Shown here: positions 16,281 to 25,893 of the stretch, piece after piece | How positions within the stretch are numbered: the stretch's first letter is position 1 | Layout: the number at the start of each line of letters is the position of its first letter | Virus record (IMG/VR): IMGVR_UViG_3300011577_000001 | Origin: a virus | Lineage: Duplodnaviria; Caudoviricetes | Direction: 5' to 3' (one strand) | DNA length: 64,000 bases | Translations under genes and position numbers: made by a program | The notes under the pieces: model-generated | The model's database searches: none | What the model saw: only the letters and a program-made list of their open reading frames with translations | Told to the model about the DNA's origin: nothing

Positions 16281-16610
16281 CTATACCAGACACGTACCTC
16301 GAACGTACGGTAGCGGCGACGCCGGTGCGAGACTCGGTCTCGCAGTCTTCTCATCGAACGCTGGCTCCCCCAAGAGCCAGAGCATCATGTCAACACGATC
16401 CCTCCAAAGATCACCAAGGGGAATCGTAGCCTCAGCAAACTGCCTTACTGTACCGCAAAACAGTCCAACTTGCTCGGCTGTGACATGATGCGGATTGTTG
16501 GAGCGCCAAAGTTGATCACCGTTTCCGATGAGCTGTACCTCGTGCCCCAACAACAACTGTCCAATCAACGAACCCAACCCGAGACAGCCCCCAACAATGA
16601 GAACTCTCAA
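16281..16610 (-). CDS. Hypothetical protein with a Rossmann-like or hydrophobic N-terminus
   Basis: TTG start after RBS AAGGA; MRVLIVGGCLGLGSLIGQLLLGHEV. Confidence 0.45.
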   Translation of the reverse strand: MRVLIVGGCLGLGSLIGQLLLGHEVQLIGNGDQLWRSNNPHHVTAEQVGLFCGTVRQFAEATIPLGDLWRDRVDMMLWLLGEPAFDEKTARPSLAPASPLPYVRGTCLV

Positions 16611-16624
16611 ATGGTCGTCCTTAC

Positions 16625-16804
16625 TCAGCCCAAACCAATCCCCGAAGGACGATTAGCTACCATGTGGCGGCTAGGGTCGTACTTCTCTTGAGGATACGGC
16701 TCGGTCCAAGGCTTTCCTTGACAACAAACGCAATGGAACGGCGATGCAGGTGGTGTTGGCAGCATCACGATGGTGTCACATTTATCGCAAGCGTATTCCT
16801 GCAT
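16625..16804 (-). CDS. 59-aa zinc-ribbon-like protein (absent from the ORF track)
   Basis: RBS AAGGAG directly after the phuZ stop; MQEYACDKCDTIV...FHCVCCQGKPW (CxxC...CxxC). Confidence 0.65.
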   Translation of the reverse strand: MQEYACDKCDTIVMLPTPPASPFHCVCCQGKPWTEPYPQEKYDPSRHMVANRPSGIGLG

Positions 16805-16816
16805 GTCGTTCTCCTT

Positions 16817-17782
16817 TTACAAGACCAGGAAGTCGTTGGTGGTCTGGTCTTTCTCGGTCACGATTGCTTTGGCCGAAGCACGGCCTTCGCGACGCTCCAC
16901 GAAACCTTCCACCGTACGGTTGAGGGTGTCGTAAGACTGACCCAGGAACTGGGTCGAGATCACGTAGTGCAGCTCGCTGACACCTTCGACCGGGGTCTGG
17001 AAGAAACCAGCGCAGGAGTATTCCGGCACCGGAGTTTGCAGTTGCGGTTGATCGCGGTCGGCGTACAGGCTGGCGATGGCGATCGGGTCCAGGATTTCCT
17101 TGACCTTCTCGGCGTCGCTGTAGATGTCCAGCAGGGCCAGTTGAGCTTCGACCGAAGTGGACTTGTTGAAGCGCAGCCAGTGCAGTACGTCCATGGTGTC
17201 CAGCTCGGCGTTCTGGCGAGAGGCCAGGTAGCGCAGGCAGGTGATGGCGAAGTGCAGTTGACCGTCGATGGTCGAACGGGTGGTGCCCTCGCCACTGTGG
17301 CGGTAGAAGGCAACGACCGGAACCTTGATACCGTTGGAGATCGCCGACAGCGACTTCAAGGTGTTCAGGCTGTTCTGCGCAGTGATAGTGGATTCGGCGG
17401 AACCCGCGCTGACCACGACCACGGCTTTGCCGCGCTCCAGGAGTTCGCGGACGATCAGCGGACCGATCACCGAACCCGAGCCACCCGAGGCGGAGAACAC
17501 GACGATGTTGAAATCTTCTGGTGGCTGAGCCAGCAGGATTTGCTTGATGCTGTCTGCGATGGCCTGGTGGTTTTCGCGACGGACCTTACCGGAACCGTCG
17601 GTGCCTTCCAAGACGAAGATCGCTTCGGACGGGATCGAAGAATCCAGGTTGGAACGGCTGGTGTCTACGAAGGAGACCAGCGGGGTGGCGAAACCTGCGA
17701 CGTCTTTCTGACCGAGGTAACGCTTGGCGATGTTGTTACCCAGACCGCCTGCGCCGTAAATACGAACTTTGCCCTGAGACAT
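16817..17782 (-). CDS. phuZ: PhuZ phage tubulin
   Basis: IYGAGGLGNNI, DTS, DGSGK, tubulin signature SASGGSGS, ELDxxD, C-terminal DFLVL knuckle. Confidence 0.95.
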   Translation of the reverse strand: MSQGKVRIYGAGGLGNNIAKRYLGQKDVAGFATPLVSFVDTSRSNLDSSIPSEAIFVLEGTDGSGKVRRENHQAIADSIKQILLAQPPEDFNIVVFSASGGSGSVIGPLIVRELLERGKAVVVVSAGSAESTITAQNSLNTLKSLSAISNGIKVPVVAFYRHSGEGTTRSTIDGQLHFAITCLRYLASRQNAELDTMDVLHWLRFNKSTSVEAQLALLDIYSDAEKVKEILDPIAIASLYADRDQPQLQTPVPEYSCAGFFQTPVEGVSELHYVISTQFLGQSYDTLNRTVEGFVERREGRASAKAIVTEKDQTTNDFLVL

Positions 17783-17981
17783 GAATCTATTCCTTGCATG
17801 AAGTGACGGTTAAGTCGGTTGAACTTACTGCATAGTAATGTCGCGATTTCCAAGGCGACTGTTCAAACCAACTGAGAGCTGCATGTTCTCTCAATTCATA
17901 TCACCACTAAATCTTTTTTTACGTAACCATAGGAAACGCCGGGCATTCTATGACCCATGGTTCAACTTTTCCGAGGTCATT

Positions 17982-18797
17982 ATGAACCCGATTCAAAAAG
18001 CAATCTCGGACGTGAAGATGGCCATCCCTCGGCCTATCCTGGAACGCACGTTCATGAAGCCGGACCCATACGCCATTGGAACCCGGTCATCTTTCAACCC
18101 AACTGCACTGGATTTCCGTATCCGCACCCAAGTCATTGAAGGTAACGTTCTGCCTGACTGTAACTTGGTGGGTGGTACTGAGGTCACTATTCCTTTGGTC
18201 TCGGTGATTCCTCAGTGGGTGTCTGACTACAATGTGGTCTACCGCATCCCGAAATCCTTGACGCAAAACCGCAGCATCCTGCGTCTGCTCCACTTAACCT
18301 TCGGTGACGGTGGTGTGGTCGGCAGTATGAACTTGGCAATCCAAGGTCGTTCTGCTTTAATGGATGGTGCACAGGGCGTTCTCCAGTCCCACTTACCGAT
18401 CCCTATTGTCTCCACGGCTAACCTTGAGTTGTTGGCGGAGAACGTGGTATTGGTCAAAGACAACATCACAATGCCTGGGAACCCGTTCCTGCGTTGTGTG
18501 GTGGAAGGCGACTCTGAACTGAACCACCTGCAACCAACGTCTTATAAAGCGTTCTCTAAGTTGGTAGTGTTGGCAACCAAAGCCTATATCTACAACAACA
18601 TTGCTATTCCGATGGACCAAGCGGAACTGTCCGGCGGTATGGCTCTGGGGCGCTTCAAGGAAATCGTTGATGGCTACTCAGATGCTTACGAGCAGTACGA
18701 GCAGTACTTCGAAGAGACGTGGAAAAAGGTGAGTTTATTTAACGATCCAGAAGCCAACAAGCGACACCTCAAGCTGTTGACTGGCGGTCGTTATTGA
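17982..18797 (+). CDS. Conserved phiKZ-like putative virion structural protein
   Basis: Start MNPIQKAI after RBS GAGG; divergent from phuZ; terminator downstream. Confidence 0.7.
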   Translation: MNPIQKAISDVKMAIPRPILERTFMKPDPYAIGTRSSFNPTALDFRIRTQVIEGNVLPDCNLVGGTEVTIPLVSVIPQWVSDYNVVYRIPKSLTQNRSILRLLHLTFGDGGVVGSMNLAIQGRSALMDGAQGVLQSHLPIPIVSTANLELLAENVVLVKDNITMPGNPFLRCVVEGDSELNHLQPTSYKAFSKLVVLATKAYIYNNIAIPMDQAELSGGMALGRFKEIVDGYSDAYEQYEQYFEETWKKVSLFNDPEANKRHLKLLTGGRY

Positions 18798-18845
18798 TCC
18801 ATAGGAGCAAAAAAAGAAGGGGTGCGAGCCCCTTCTTTATGCCGA

Positions 18846-20042
18846 TTACAATATTATTGGCTCTACAATCCATCGAGCCATATACGGAATTTTGGGATAC
18901 TTGTCGATCCAGCTTCTTAGTGCTGAGCGCGCCCAACCAAAGAAGCTAGCTACATCTTTCAAAGACGGATAGTAGTCTACCTGTCCGGTGTACGTATCCA
19001 AAACCTTGTAAGGTACAGCTCCCCTGGATTTGCGAATCAAGGAAGCTTGTTTCTGATCCTCGTCGTAAACGGGAAATGGGGTATCGTTATCGGGTCTCTT
19101 GAAGGAATAACCTTTGAAAGGCAAGACGCTCCCGCCATTGATAAAAGTTCTTATTGTGTTTTCACAAACACCGGTAACCCTAACGGCTTCTTGGCCTGAG
19201 GCGAAGGTATACTCAATTCCAGTAGGGTGATGTTTGGCGAGGATACAATCCACATATGCTTTCCTGCTGAAATACTTAACTCTAGAATCTAAAGCTTGAT
19301 CAACCGTGTATGCAGGGACTTCTCGCAAATCTTTGAACCACTTAAAGGTGTAGCCCGCAACCATACTTAAATCGCATTTCTTCAAAGCGTTAAGAATGGT
19401 ATTTCTAAGGACCCCTGTGAGTATCGACATGGTGCTAACATTCTCCGACACTAAACGAGTTCCCAATACGTGATCAATGGCTACTATTTTGTCCTCAGTC
19501 TTGTGAGCTGGTCTATGTTCCGACAAGTTATGGCTAAGGATAAATTTATCTTTGTACTTCGGCTTATCTGGATGTCCTAGTAGTCTCTTGATTGCTTCTG
19601 GGGTCGACCCTAGGGCGCGAGCGGCAGCCTCCATTGAATGGAAGCTAACGACCTGTCCGGTCTCAGTATCACAGGCCGTAATTTGCAGATTGTAATTAGT
19701 CAATCCGTTTTCTAAGGCGTGCTGTACATTACCTGAACCAGTTTCCCATTCCAGATTACCAGACGCGTTGTGATACTTAACTCCGTCTTTATGGTTAACT
19801 TGGTAAAGCTTTCCATCTGACGGAGGAGGTCCGTTAAAAGCTTTACACACCAGCACATGTACCAAGCGTTTAGTGTGTCCTTCTTTTGCGGACCAAAGGT
19901 TTACTCTACGGTAGCCATCTTCCTTTACAAAATGTTGAGATACGTCACGATAGTAACCTTTTGATTTCCAAACTCTTACATTTCCCTGGTCACTGATTTC
20001 ATAGCCGGGGAAATCTTCAATGACTTTCCACTCTTCGGACAT
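18846..20042 (-). CDS. Free-standing NUMOD4-HNH endonuclease with repeated NUMOD1-like DNA-binding modules
   Basis: EEWKVIEDFPGYEISDQGNVR; VHVLVCKAF; VNHKDGVKYHNASGNLEW; AT-richer than flanking genes; early-promoter variant at ~20067-20092. Confidence 0.9.
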   Translation of the reverse strand: MSEEWKVIEDFPGYEISDQGNVRVWKSKGYYRDVSQHFVKEDGYRRVNLWSAKEGHTKRLVHVLVCKAFNGPPPSDGKLYQVNHKDGVKYHNASGNLEWETGSGNVQHALENGLTNYNLQITACDTETGQVVSFHSMEAAARALGSTPEAIKRLLGHPDKPKYKDKFILSHNLSEHRPAHKTEDKIVAIDHVLGTRLVSENVSTMSILTGVLRNTILNALKKCDLSMVAGYTFKWFKDLREVPAYTVDQALDSRVKYFSRKAYVDCILAKHHPTGIEYTFASGQEAVRVTGVCENTIRTFINGGSVLPFKGYSFKRPDNDTPFPVYDEDQKQASLIRKSRGAVPYKVLDTYTGQVDYYPSLKDVASFFGWARSALRSWIDKYPKIPYMARWIVEPIIL

Positions 20043-20110
20043 GGTAGGTGTTCCTACAGTTAGTTGTCACAAGGATGATATAGATCTCAAATCTTTTTCA
20101 GGTAAATCCC

Positions 20111-20860
20111 ATGTCATATCAAGAAGGCAAGGACAGTACGTTTACACACAACGGGAAAGAGTACCCTTTAGACCCCTTCATTCAACGAGCCGCCAAACAA
20201 CGGGTCGTACAACTGCGGGTTAAGGATCTCAAATGGAATCTGGATGGCATCTCCCTGAATCCGATGCGGGTGCTTCACGCCGATACCAGTGTTCCAATCC
20301 TGTTCACGGTTGATCCTCAATGGGGTTACGTCGTCATTGACGGTACTCACCGCCTAGCTAAGGCTGTCCAGCAAAACAAGTACTCGCTTCCTGCCCGTGA
20401 GATCCCGATTGGTTGGTTCGATGAGATCGGTACGGTCTCTATGGAATCAGCTACTGATCCAATCACGGTAGGTCAAGTCACTCGAGAACAAGCCTTCGAA
20501 TGGTTAGCTCAACACGAACAGTCTCACCCAGAACCGTACAATGAAGCGGCCTTCTCCGCACAAGGGGCTGGAGTTGACCGTGTCTACGCTTTTGCTTGGT
20601 GTGGGGATGAAGTCGTAGGCTACGCGAGTCTGTTAAATGGTCAGCGTTACCTGATTGACTGCTACGTCTGTCCCCATGCCCGTCGTCGGGGTGTAGGGCG
20701 TCAGTTGATTGATTCCCTGCTCGTAGACCTCGTCGTAGTCAAGTCCTATCAGACAGCCATCATTGAGTGGTTGGAGAAATGTGGCTTCCGGCTCGAGAAT
20801 GACTTTGTCAACACCAAGATCTACCGTAAGTACCACGGACCTAAGGTACACGCTTACTGA
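20111..20860 (+). CDS. ParB/Srx-like domain fused to a GNAT acetyltransferase
   Basis: PIL...VIDGTHRLAKA (ParB/Srx); YVCPHARRRGVGRQLI...EKCGF (GNAT acetyl-CoA motif A); SME in the linker. Confidence 0.75.
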   Translation: MSYQEGKDSTFTHNGKEYPLDPFIQRAAKQRVVQLRVKDLKWNLDGISLNPMRVLHADTSVPILFTVDPQWGYVVIDGTHRLAKAVQQNKYSLPAREIPIGWFDEIGTVSMESATDPITVGQVTREQAFEWLAQHEQSHPEPYNEAAFSAQGAGVDRVYAFAWCGDEVVGYASLLNGQRYLIDCYVCPHARRRGVGRQLIDSLLVDLVVVKSYQTAIIEWLEKCGFRLENDFVNTKIYRKYHGPKVHAY

Positions 20861-20898
20861 CGGCATAGAGGCTCCCGTGTGGGAGCCTTGTTATGCGC

Positions 20899-21234
20899 TT
20901 AGTAGCGGATGCGGTGTTTGTGCCAGTTCGGATCGTGTACGATATTCTCGTAACCCGATTTGTACAGCACAAAGCTACCGACTGAGGTGAACACCTCGAT
21001 GCAATTGGTTTTGTCTTGAATCTCCCACGATACCAAACGTACGTCATCCTTGTACGACTGAGGTAATTCAGTGGCATGCTTACGAGCGTACTCCTGAATA
21101 GCGCCAATCATCTTCAGCTTCACGGGATCAAGCAAACTAGCTCGATCCAAGTCCCGACTGTTACAACGCCCCACACGTCCAGTCAAGTCCTCGATCAGCT
21201 TCTTAAAGCGAACGGTGTGTAGTGTGTCAGACAT
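20899..21234 (-). CDS. Hypothetical protein
   Basis: 111-aa ORF ending at a hairpin shared with the convergent gene. Confidence 0.55.
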   Translation of the reverse strand: MSDTLHTVRFKKLIEDLTGRVGRCNSRDLDRASLLDPVKLKMIGAIQEYARKHATELPQSYKDDVRLVSWEIQDKTNCIEVFTSVGSFVLYKSGYENIVHDPNWHKHRIRY

Positions 21235-21661
21235 TGCTAAGTTCTTCTGAGAGTTAGTGTTGGTATTACATAGCCATTACTGACTCAATGTAAGTAAATA
21301 TACTCTCTTTTAAAAATTTCGGAAATTTTTTATGGTTTTCTTTAAAGCTCTCAGTGTTGCCAGTTGCACTGTGGTCTTGTTGTACTCACGTACAGACCAC
21401 TATGCCTGTCACTGTAGGCATAGGGTTCCCTGCCGGGAACAAAGGCTAGGATAGACTGTGAGCAGGCTATGCTACGCAGCCGCTCTTAAAGCTTATTTAG
21501 ATAAGCTTCGCTTTTGTTTATTTGACCCACCCCAAACCCCTCCCTACCTCACTAAAACTTACAAAAAAAAAACTATATCTACAAAGTATATATCTTGTTC
21601 AGTATTCATTTACTTAAACCTTAGACAAAGGACTAGGTAGGGAGCGTACTCCCTACCGGTC

Positions 21662-22468
21662 TTATGCTGCACGTTTAACATCGACTCGTAGTCTTCTAGC
21701 CAGGTAAGCTTCCCTAGAAGCCCTAGCTTCTTCCTTCGAATACTTAGGGAAAGGAGTAGGATCATTAACATACTTGAAGACGTAGCCGCCGATGAGAGTC
21801 AACCTTCGGTTAACAACCCTGGTTTCAATGGTAGTATTTGCTACCCCAGTCAATAGAGTCATTACACCTAGGTTATCAGCCACGATGTGTTTCTCAGTCA
21901 CGTAGTCAAAAGCTATGATGGCTTTACTACGAGGATAGATAGTGGGTATAGCTTCATCGAGCAAAGGTTCGAGTAAATACCTTCCGTCCAACTTCAAATC
22001 AGGATAGCAACCCAAATACCTCTTTATGGCAACAAAACCCAAATTGAAACGACTAGCAGCCGAACCAATGCTAGGGATAATTTCCATAGAACCAGAAACG
22101 GTGTCGTAAACTCTAACTCGAATGTTACGGGTTATGAGATTAGAATCCATAGCGTGCTCAAGGTTGGCTTTAGCGGTAACCCACTCTAAGTTGCTGTAGT
22201 GGTTGTTTAGTTTATCTCCATCCTTGTGATTAATGTGATTTTGTTTATCGCTAGGTGGATCTCCTAAGAAAGCATAAGCAACCAGCCTATGGATCTTCTT
22301 GTGACGCGATTTATGACCTCTTTTGTTCAAAGTTATCCTCAGGTACCCTTTTGGGGTTAATTGAGGTTTAAGTAGTTTAACCGCACCCTTCTTGTTACTC
22401 CGCACTTGTCCCGACTCACTAACCTGGTAACCGGGGTAATCGATAACATCTTTCCAAACTTCCGACAT
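21662..22468 (-). CDS. Free-standing NUMOD4-HNH endonuclease (paralog of 18846-20042)
   Basis: EVWKDVIDYPGYQVSESGQVRS; IHRLVAYAF; INHKDGDKLNNHYSNLEW; early-promoter variant at ~22491-22514. Confidence 0.9.
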   Translation of the reverse strand: MSEVWKDVIDYPGYQVSESGQVRSNKKGAVKLLKPQLTPKGYLRITLNKRGHKSRHKKIHRLVAYAFLGDPPSDKQNHINHKDGDKLNNHYSNLEWVTAKANLEHAMDSNLITRNIRVRVYDTVSGSMEIIPSIGSAASRFNLGFVAIKRYLGCYPDLKLDGRYLLEPLLDEAIPTIYPRSKAIIAFDYVTEKHIVADNLGVMTLLTGVANTTIETRVVNRRLTLIGGYVFKYVNDPTPFPKYSKEEARASREAYLARRLRVDVKRAA

Positions 22469-22555
22469 GGTTGAAATCCTGATTGATCGTCACTTGGATG
22501 ATATACATTTGAAAGGAATTTAAACGGCATAAGCAGGGGGACTAACCCCCTGCAA

Positions 22556-22963
22556 CTATAAGTAAAAGTAGTCTGACGTCTTAACATCGTCGTGGATACG
22601 GAATGGAGAGTTGATAAGCAAGGTGTGGAACGTACCAGGATCAACGACTAGTAACTCCTTTCCCAACTGGATGTAGAAACGATCATACCGCAATCCTTTC
22701 AACTGATTGATCACCGTCATCGAACAATCGAAACGATTAGGACGAACCTTGATGTCATCCTTAAAATTTACGATTGGGATGTAGTCGTAGAGAAACAGAC
22801 TCAACGGACCATGATCATCCGCATCATCTTTCCCCAGATACCGTACCGCAGCAAAACCCTGCACAGAGCCCTTTAAGAGGTCCTCTACAGGCCGTTCACT
22901 GTTTCCGAGTACACAACCTAAGATGTCAGCTAACGTCGCATCTACGCTGATTGCCTGCCCCAT
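22556..22963 (-). CDS. Hypothetical protein
   Basis: Start MGQAISV after RBS GGAGG. Confidence 0.65.
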   Translation of the reverse strand: MGQAISVDATLADILGCVLGNSERPVEDLLKGSVQGFAAVRYLGKDDADDHGPLSLFLYDYIPIVNFKDDIKVRPNRFDCSMTVINQLKGLRYDRFYIQLGKELLVVDPGTFHTLLINSPFRIHDDVKTSDYFYL

Positions 22964-23006
22964 ACTAACCTCCTGCATAAAAGGGAGCCGAAGCTCCCTT
23001 CGATGA

Positions 23007-23498
23007 TTAGACCGCACACGCCACATACAGCGCTGCGTCTTCCAAGCTGGCCACTACTACTGCACCCGAATCAGAACACTGGGTGAGTAGCTTTGAACGT
23101 TCTTCGTTGACAGGACGACCGACAACGATAGCGTTCTCTGGTTCTTCGATAGCAGCCGCCACACGCTGCTCTTCAAATTCCGAAGTACCAGGTTCCTCAG
23201 GCAGCACGAAGATACGAGTTGCCGATGCGATAGCCTTGATGGTGTCAACCACTGCCTGCTCTTGGAGCTGGATGGTTTCCAGGGAAGGGGTGTTGGACGC
23301 TTCAACGTTCCAGACTTTGACTTCCTTGTGGCACTCCATCATGATGGCTTCCCACTCACCAGAACTCACATCACCGTAGATGATCACGTTGCGCTCGTTC
23401 TGAATCCCGTCCACAGCCAGCTCGTCATTGGGAGCTGCCTTGTTTTCAGGAGCCTCATCTGCTTCGTCCGATGGATCGAAGTATTCACTAAGAGACAT
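23007..23498 (-). CDS. Hypothetical acidic alpha/beta protein
   Basis: Start MSLSEYF after RBS AAGGAG; the longer ORF call overlaps the upstream gene and a terminator. Confidence 0.65.
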   Translation of the reverse strand: MSLSEYFDPSDEADEAPENKAAPNDELAVDGIQNERNVIIYGDVSSGEWEAIMMECHKEVKVWNVEASNTPSLETIQLQEQAVVDTIKAIASATRIFVLPEEPGTSEFEEQRVAAAIEEPENAIVVGRPVNEERSKLLTQCSDSGAVVVASLEDAALYVACAV

Positions 23499-23575
23499 AT
23501 AAAGCTCCTTTAGCAGTTTGGTCTCATAAGATCGCAAAAAAAAGAGGGAGTGTGACCTCCCTTCTTTTTGACGCG

Positions 23576-24220
23576 TCAAACGCGTTGCCGCAAGACAGCC
23601 TTGCCACGAGACACTTGGATGAACACCCCATTCTTGGAGCCGTCCTTTTGCCCAGTGATCGTGAGAAGGTCTACCTCCATATTTGCATTCTTGGCACGCT
23701 TTACGTTTTCTTCGTTCAGCGTTCCGTTTTTGTTGAGCAGAGTGTTGTGGATGCGAAGACCCAGCAACCGCAGCTCGTCGACCTTGGGTTGTGCTTCTTG
23801 TGGATATCCTTCGAGCAGACACACGTGCTCATAGAAGATCGCAAAGTGGTTGATCATTTGTCCCACTGGATCTTCTTTGGCTGCGCCGTTGGGTTCTGTC
23901 ATGGTACGGTTTCCTACGTTGGCCCACCGATCCCGCAACTCTTTAAAGGCCTGACGCAGAGGTTCTTCACCCATGCGCTCAACCATGTACTTGGTCATCC
24001 CGCTGATCACGCTGTCTTTGGTGAACGTGACATTGGGATTCTCGAACAGATACTGTTCGAGGAAAGTACGAGGGCGAGGTTCATAGTCATTACCTGGATG
24101 CATACCTTTTAACGCAGCCGGGTCATCACCGGTGAAGCTGGGGGCTGGTGGAATGCCAGTGTCCATGATGGAACTGAAGTCGCACGGGATTTCGTCTTCT
24201 GAGACATGAGTTTGGTTCAC
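23576..24220 (-). CDS. Hypothetical protein
   Basis: GTG start, RBS GGAG, flanked by hairpins. Confidence 0.65.
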   Translation of the reverse strand: MNQTHVSEDEIPCDFSSIMDTGIPPAPSFTGDDPAALKGMHPGNDYEPRPRTFLEQYLFENPNVTFTKDSVISGMTKYMVERMGEEPLRQAFKELRDRWANVGNRTMTEPNGAAKEDPVGQMINHFAIFYEHVCLLEGYPQEAQPKVDELRLLGLRIHNTLLNKNGTLNEENVKRAKNANMEVDLLTITGQKDGSKNGVFIQVSRGKAVLRQRV

Positions 24221-24280
24221 GGGGTTAGCTCCGTAAGAAAAAAGAAAAGTCCCCAGGAGCCGAAGCTCCCAGGGTATTGC

Positions 24281-24883
24281 TTACAGGGTGGATTGACCGC
24301 CCTGTTGGGCCGTTTGGCTGAGTGCGTTCAACGCCTCCACCAGCGCCGGATCGGCGACTTGGGAGAACGCATCACGCAGCTCGGTATCCATCACAGGCTC
24401 AGGTTGCTCAGCTACGTTGGTAGCAGAACCGTCCAAGCCATGAACCACGGCGACATTCATCCGATGGATGGTACCTTTGCGGCCGCGAGTGATACCGACG
24501 ACCTTGGCCTTGACCAGTTCTTCAACTTTGGCCTTGAACCCAGGTTCGATCAGCTCTTTCGCTTCGGCGATGGTTTCGTAGTGCTCGCCTTTCTTCAGCA
24601 GCGCTTTGGCCTCATCGTGATTACCGGCGCGGTGAGCCGCTTCGATTTTCAGCGAGAGGTTGAACATCTTGTCAGCCATCTTCTCGACGGTGTAGTCTTT
24701 CAGAACGTATTCCGAAATACGACGCTCGGTCGGACGATTGATGGTGGCTTCGCGCAGCTTCTGAACTTCTTCAGCCGAACGGACTTGTACTTCAACCGGG
24801 CGAGGAGCCAGGAAGGAAGCGAGGGCCTGCTCGATGAAAGTGCGAGGACCCATTTTTGCGGTGGTGGTGTATGCGTTGAACAT
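24281..24883 (-). CDS. Hypothetical early protein
   Basis: RBS AAGGAG; strongly biased codon usage; terminator downstream. Confidence 0.75.
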   Translation of the reverse strand: MFNAYTTTAKMGPRTFIEQALASFLAPRPVEVQVRSAEEVQKLREATINRPTERRISEYVLKDYTVEKMADKMFNLSLKIEAAHRAGNHDEAKALLKKGEHYETIAEAKELIEPGFKAKVEELVKAKVVGITRGRKGTIHRMNVAVVHGLDGSATNVAEQPEPVMDTELRDAFSQVADPALVEALNALSQTAQQGGQSTL

Positions 24884-24959
24884 GGTGACTCTCCTTAGAG
24901 CGTTAGCTTAGGGTTTGGGTCAGCCGACATGACTGACCCGGTTGGGGGAGGGGTTGATA

Positions 24960-25778
24960 TTACTGTTGGGTGGTGAAAGCGAAACCGGTAACGTTACCTT
25001 CGGCATCGGTCAGAGGACGAGTACCGAAGAACCCAACCAGTTCACCGTTGGCCAGCGCAGCACCAACGGGTTTGTTGTCGAACGAGCTAGGCAGGTTCAG
25101 CAACAATTGACGCAGGTCTTGAATGGTGAGCTGAGGAACTTCCAACTCATCTTCTTGACCATCGACGCGAACGATATCCCACAGCACGTTGCCGGACATA
25201 TCGCTGTAGCGAGCAGCAGCAGCGCGAGCCGACATGGTGCGGGTGTCCAGGTTACCGCCTACCGAGTAGCTGCTCAGTTCAGCGCGGTAGGTGTTTTCTT
25301 CTTTGTCCACGTCCAGGTGCAGGGCGTTCAGGCAGAACACCTTGCCTTCCATCAGCGCGACGATTTCTTCGCGCTCACCTGGCTTGCCGAACTTGGCCAC
25401 GTGGGACAGTTGGACATTGCGGTTGCCAGTGGAATCGTGCAGGTCGATGATCAGACCTTTCTGAGCCAGAGTCGACTTGACCAGCTTGTCGTTCTGTTCA
25501 GCTTTCTTGCGGAAGATCCGTTCAGCTTTGGTTTCCAGATCCAGCCACAGCTTCTCGATCGAAGCGCGGAAACCACCGCCAGCCGAGAAGCCCTCGACTT
25601 TGACCTGACCTTCTTCGACCCAGGCATTGTCGATGTTGGTATCTGCACGAAGCAGGAAGACCATCGGAGTGCCGTCGATGCCAGCAACAACAGCATGCTT
25701 CGAGTAGCCACCTTCGTTACGAGCGAACTCGATAACTTGAGCAACTACAGCTTCTACCGCTTCTTTAGTGAATTCCAT
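24960..25778 (-). CDS. Hypothetical early protein
   Basis: RBS AAGGA; early promoter CATATTAC at 25842-25849. Confidence 0.75.
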   Translation of the reverse strand: MEFTKEAVEAVVAQVIEFARNEGGYSKHAVVAGIDGTPMVFLLRADTNIDNAWVEEGQVKVEGFSAGGGFRASIEKLWLDLETKAERIFRKKAEQNDKLVKSTLAQKGLIIDLHDSTGNRNVQLSHVAKFGKPGEREEIVALMEGKVFCLNALHLDVDKEENTYRAELSSYSVGGNLDTRTMSARAAAARYSDMSGNVLWDIVRVDGQEDELEVPQLTIQDLRQLLLNLPSSFDNKPVGAALANGELVGFFGTRPLTDAEGNVTGFAFTTQQ

Positions 25779-25893
25779 GATGCTTTCCTTCTGAGGATTA
25801 AATAGTTTGTTTGAAAGGGATTTGTTATCCTATTCACTCGAGTAATATGTATCTGAGATTTCTTTATTTCGACTTTTTGCCCAGGCTTAATTT

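Noticed and set aside
23007-23498. Resemblance to nucleoside 2-deoxyribosyltransferase-like proteins
   Set aside because: Only a vague pattern; catalytic motifs are not recognisable, so it is left as hypothetical.
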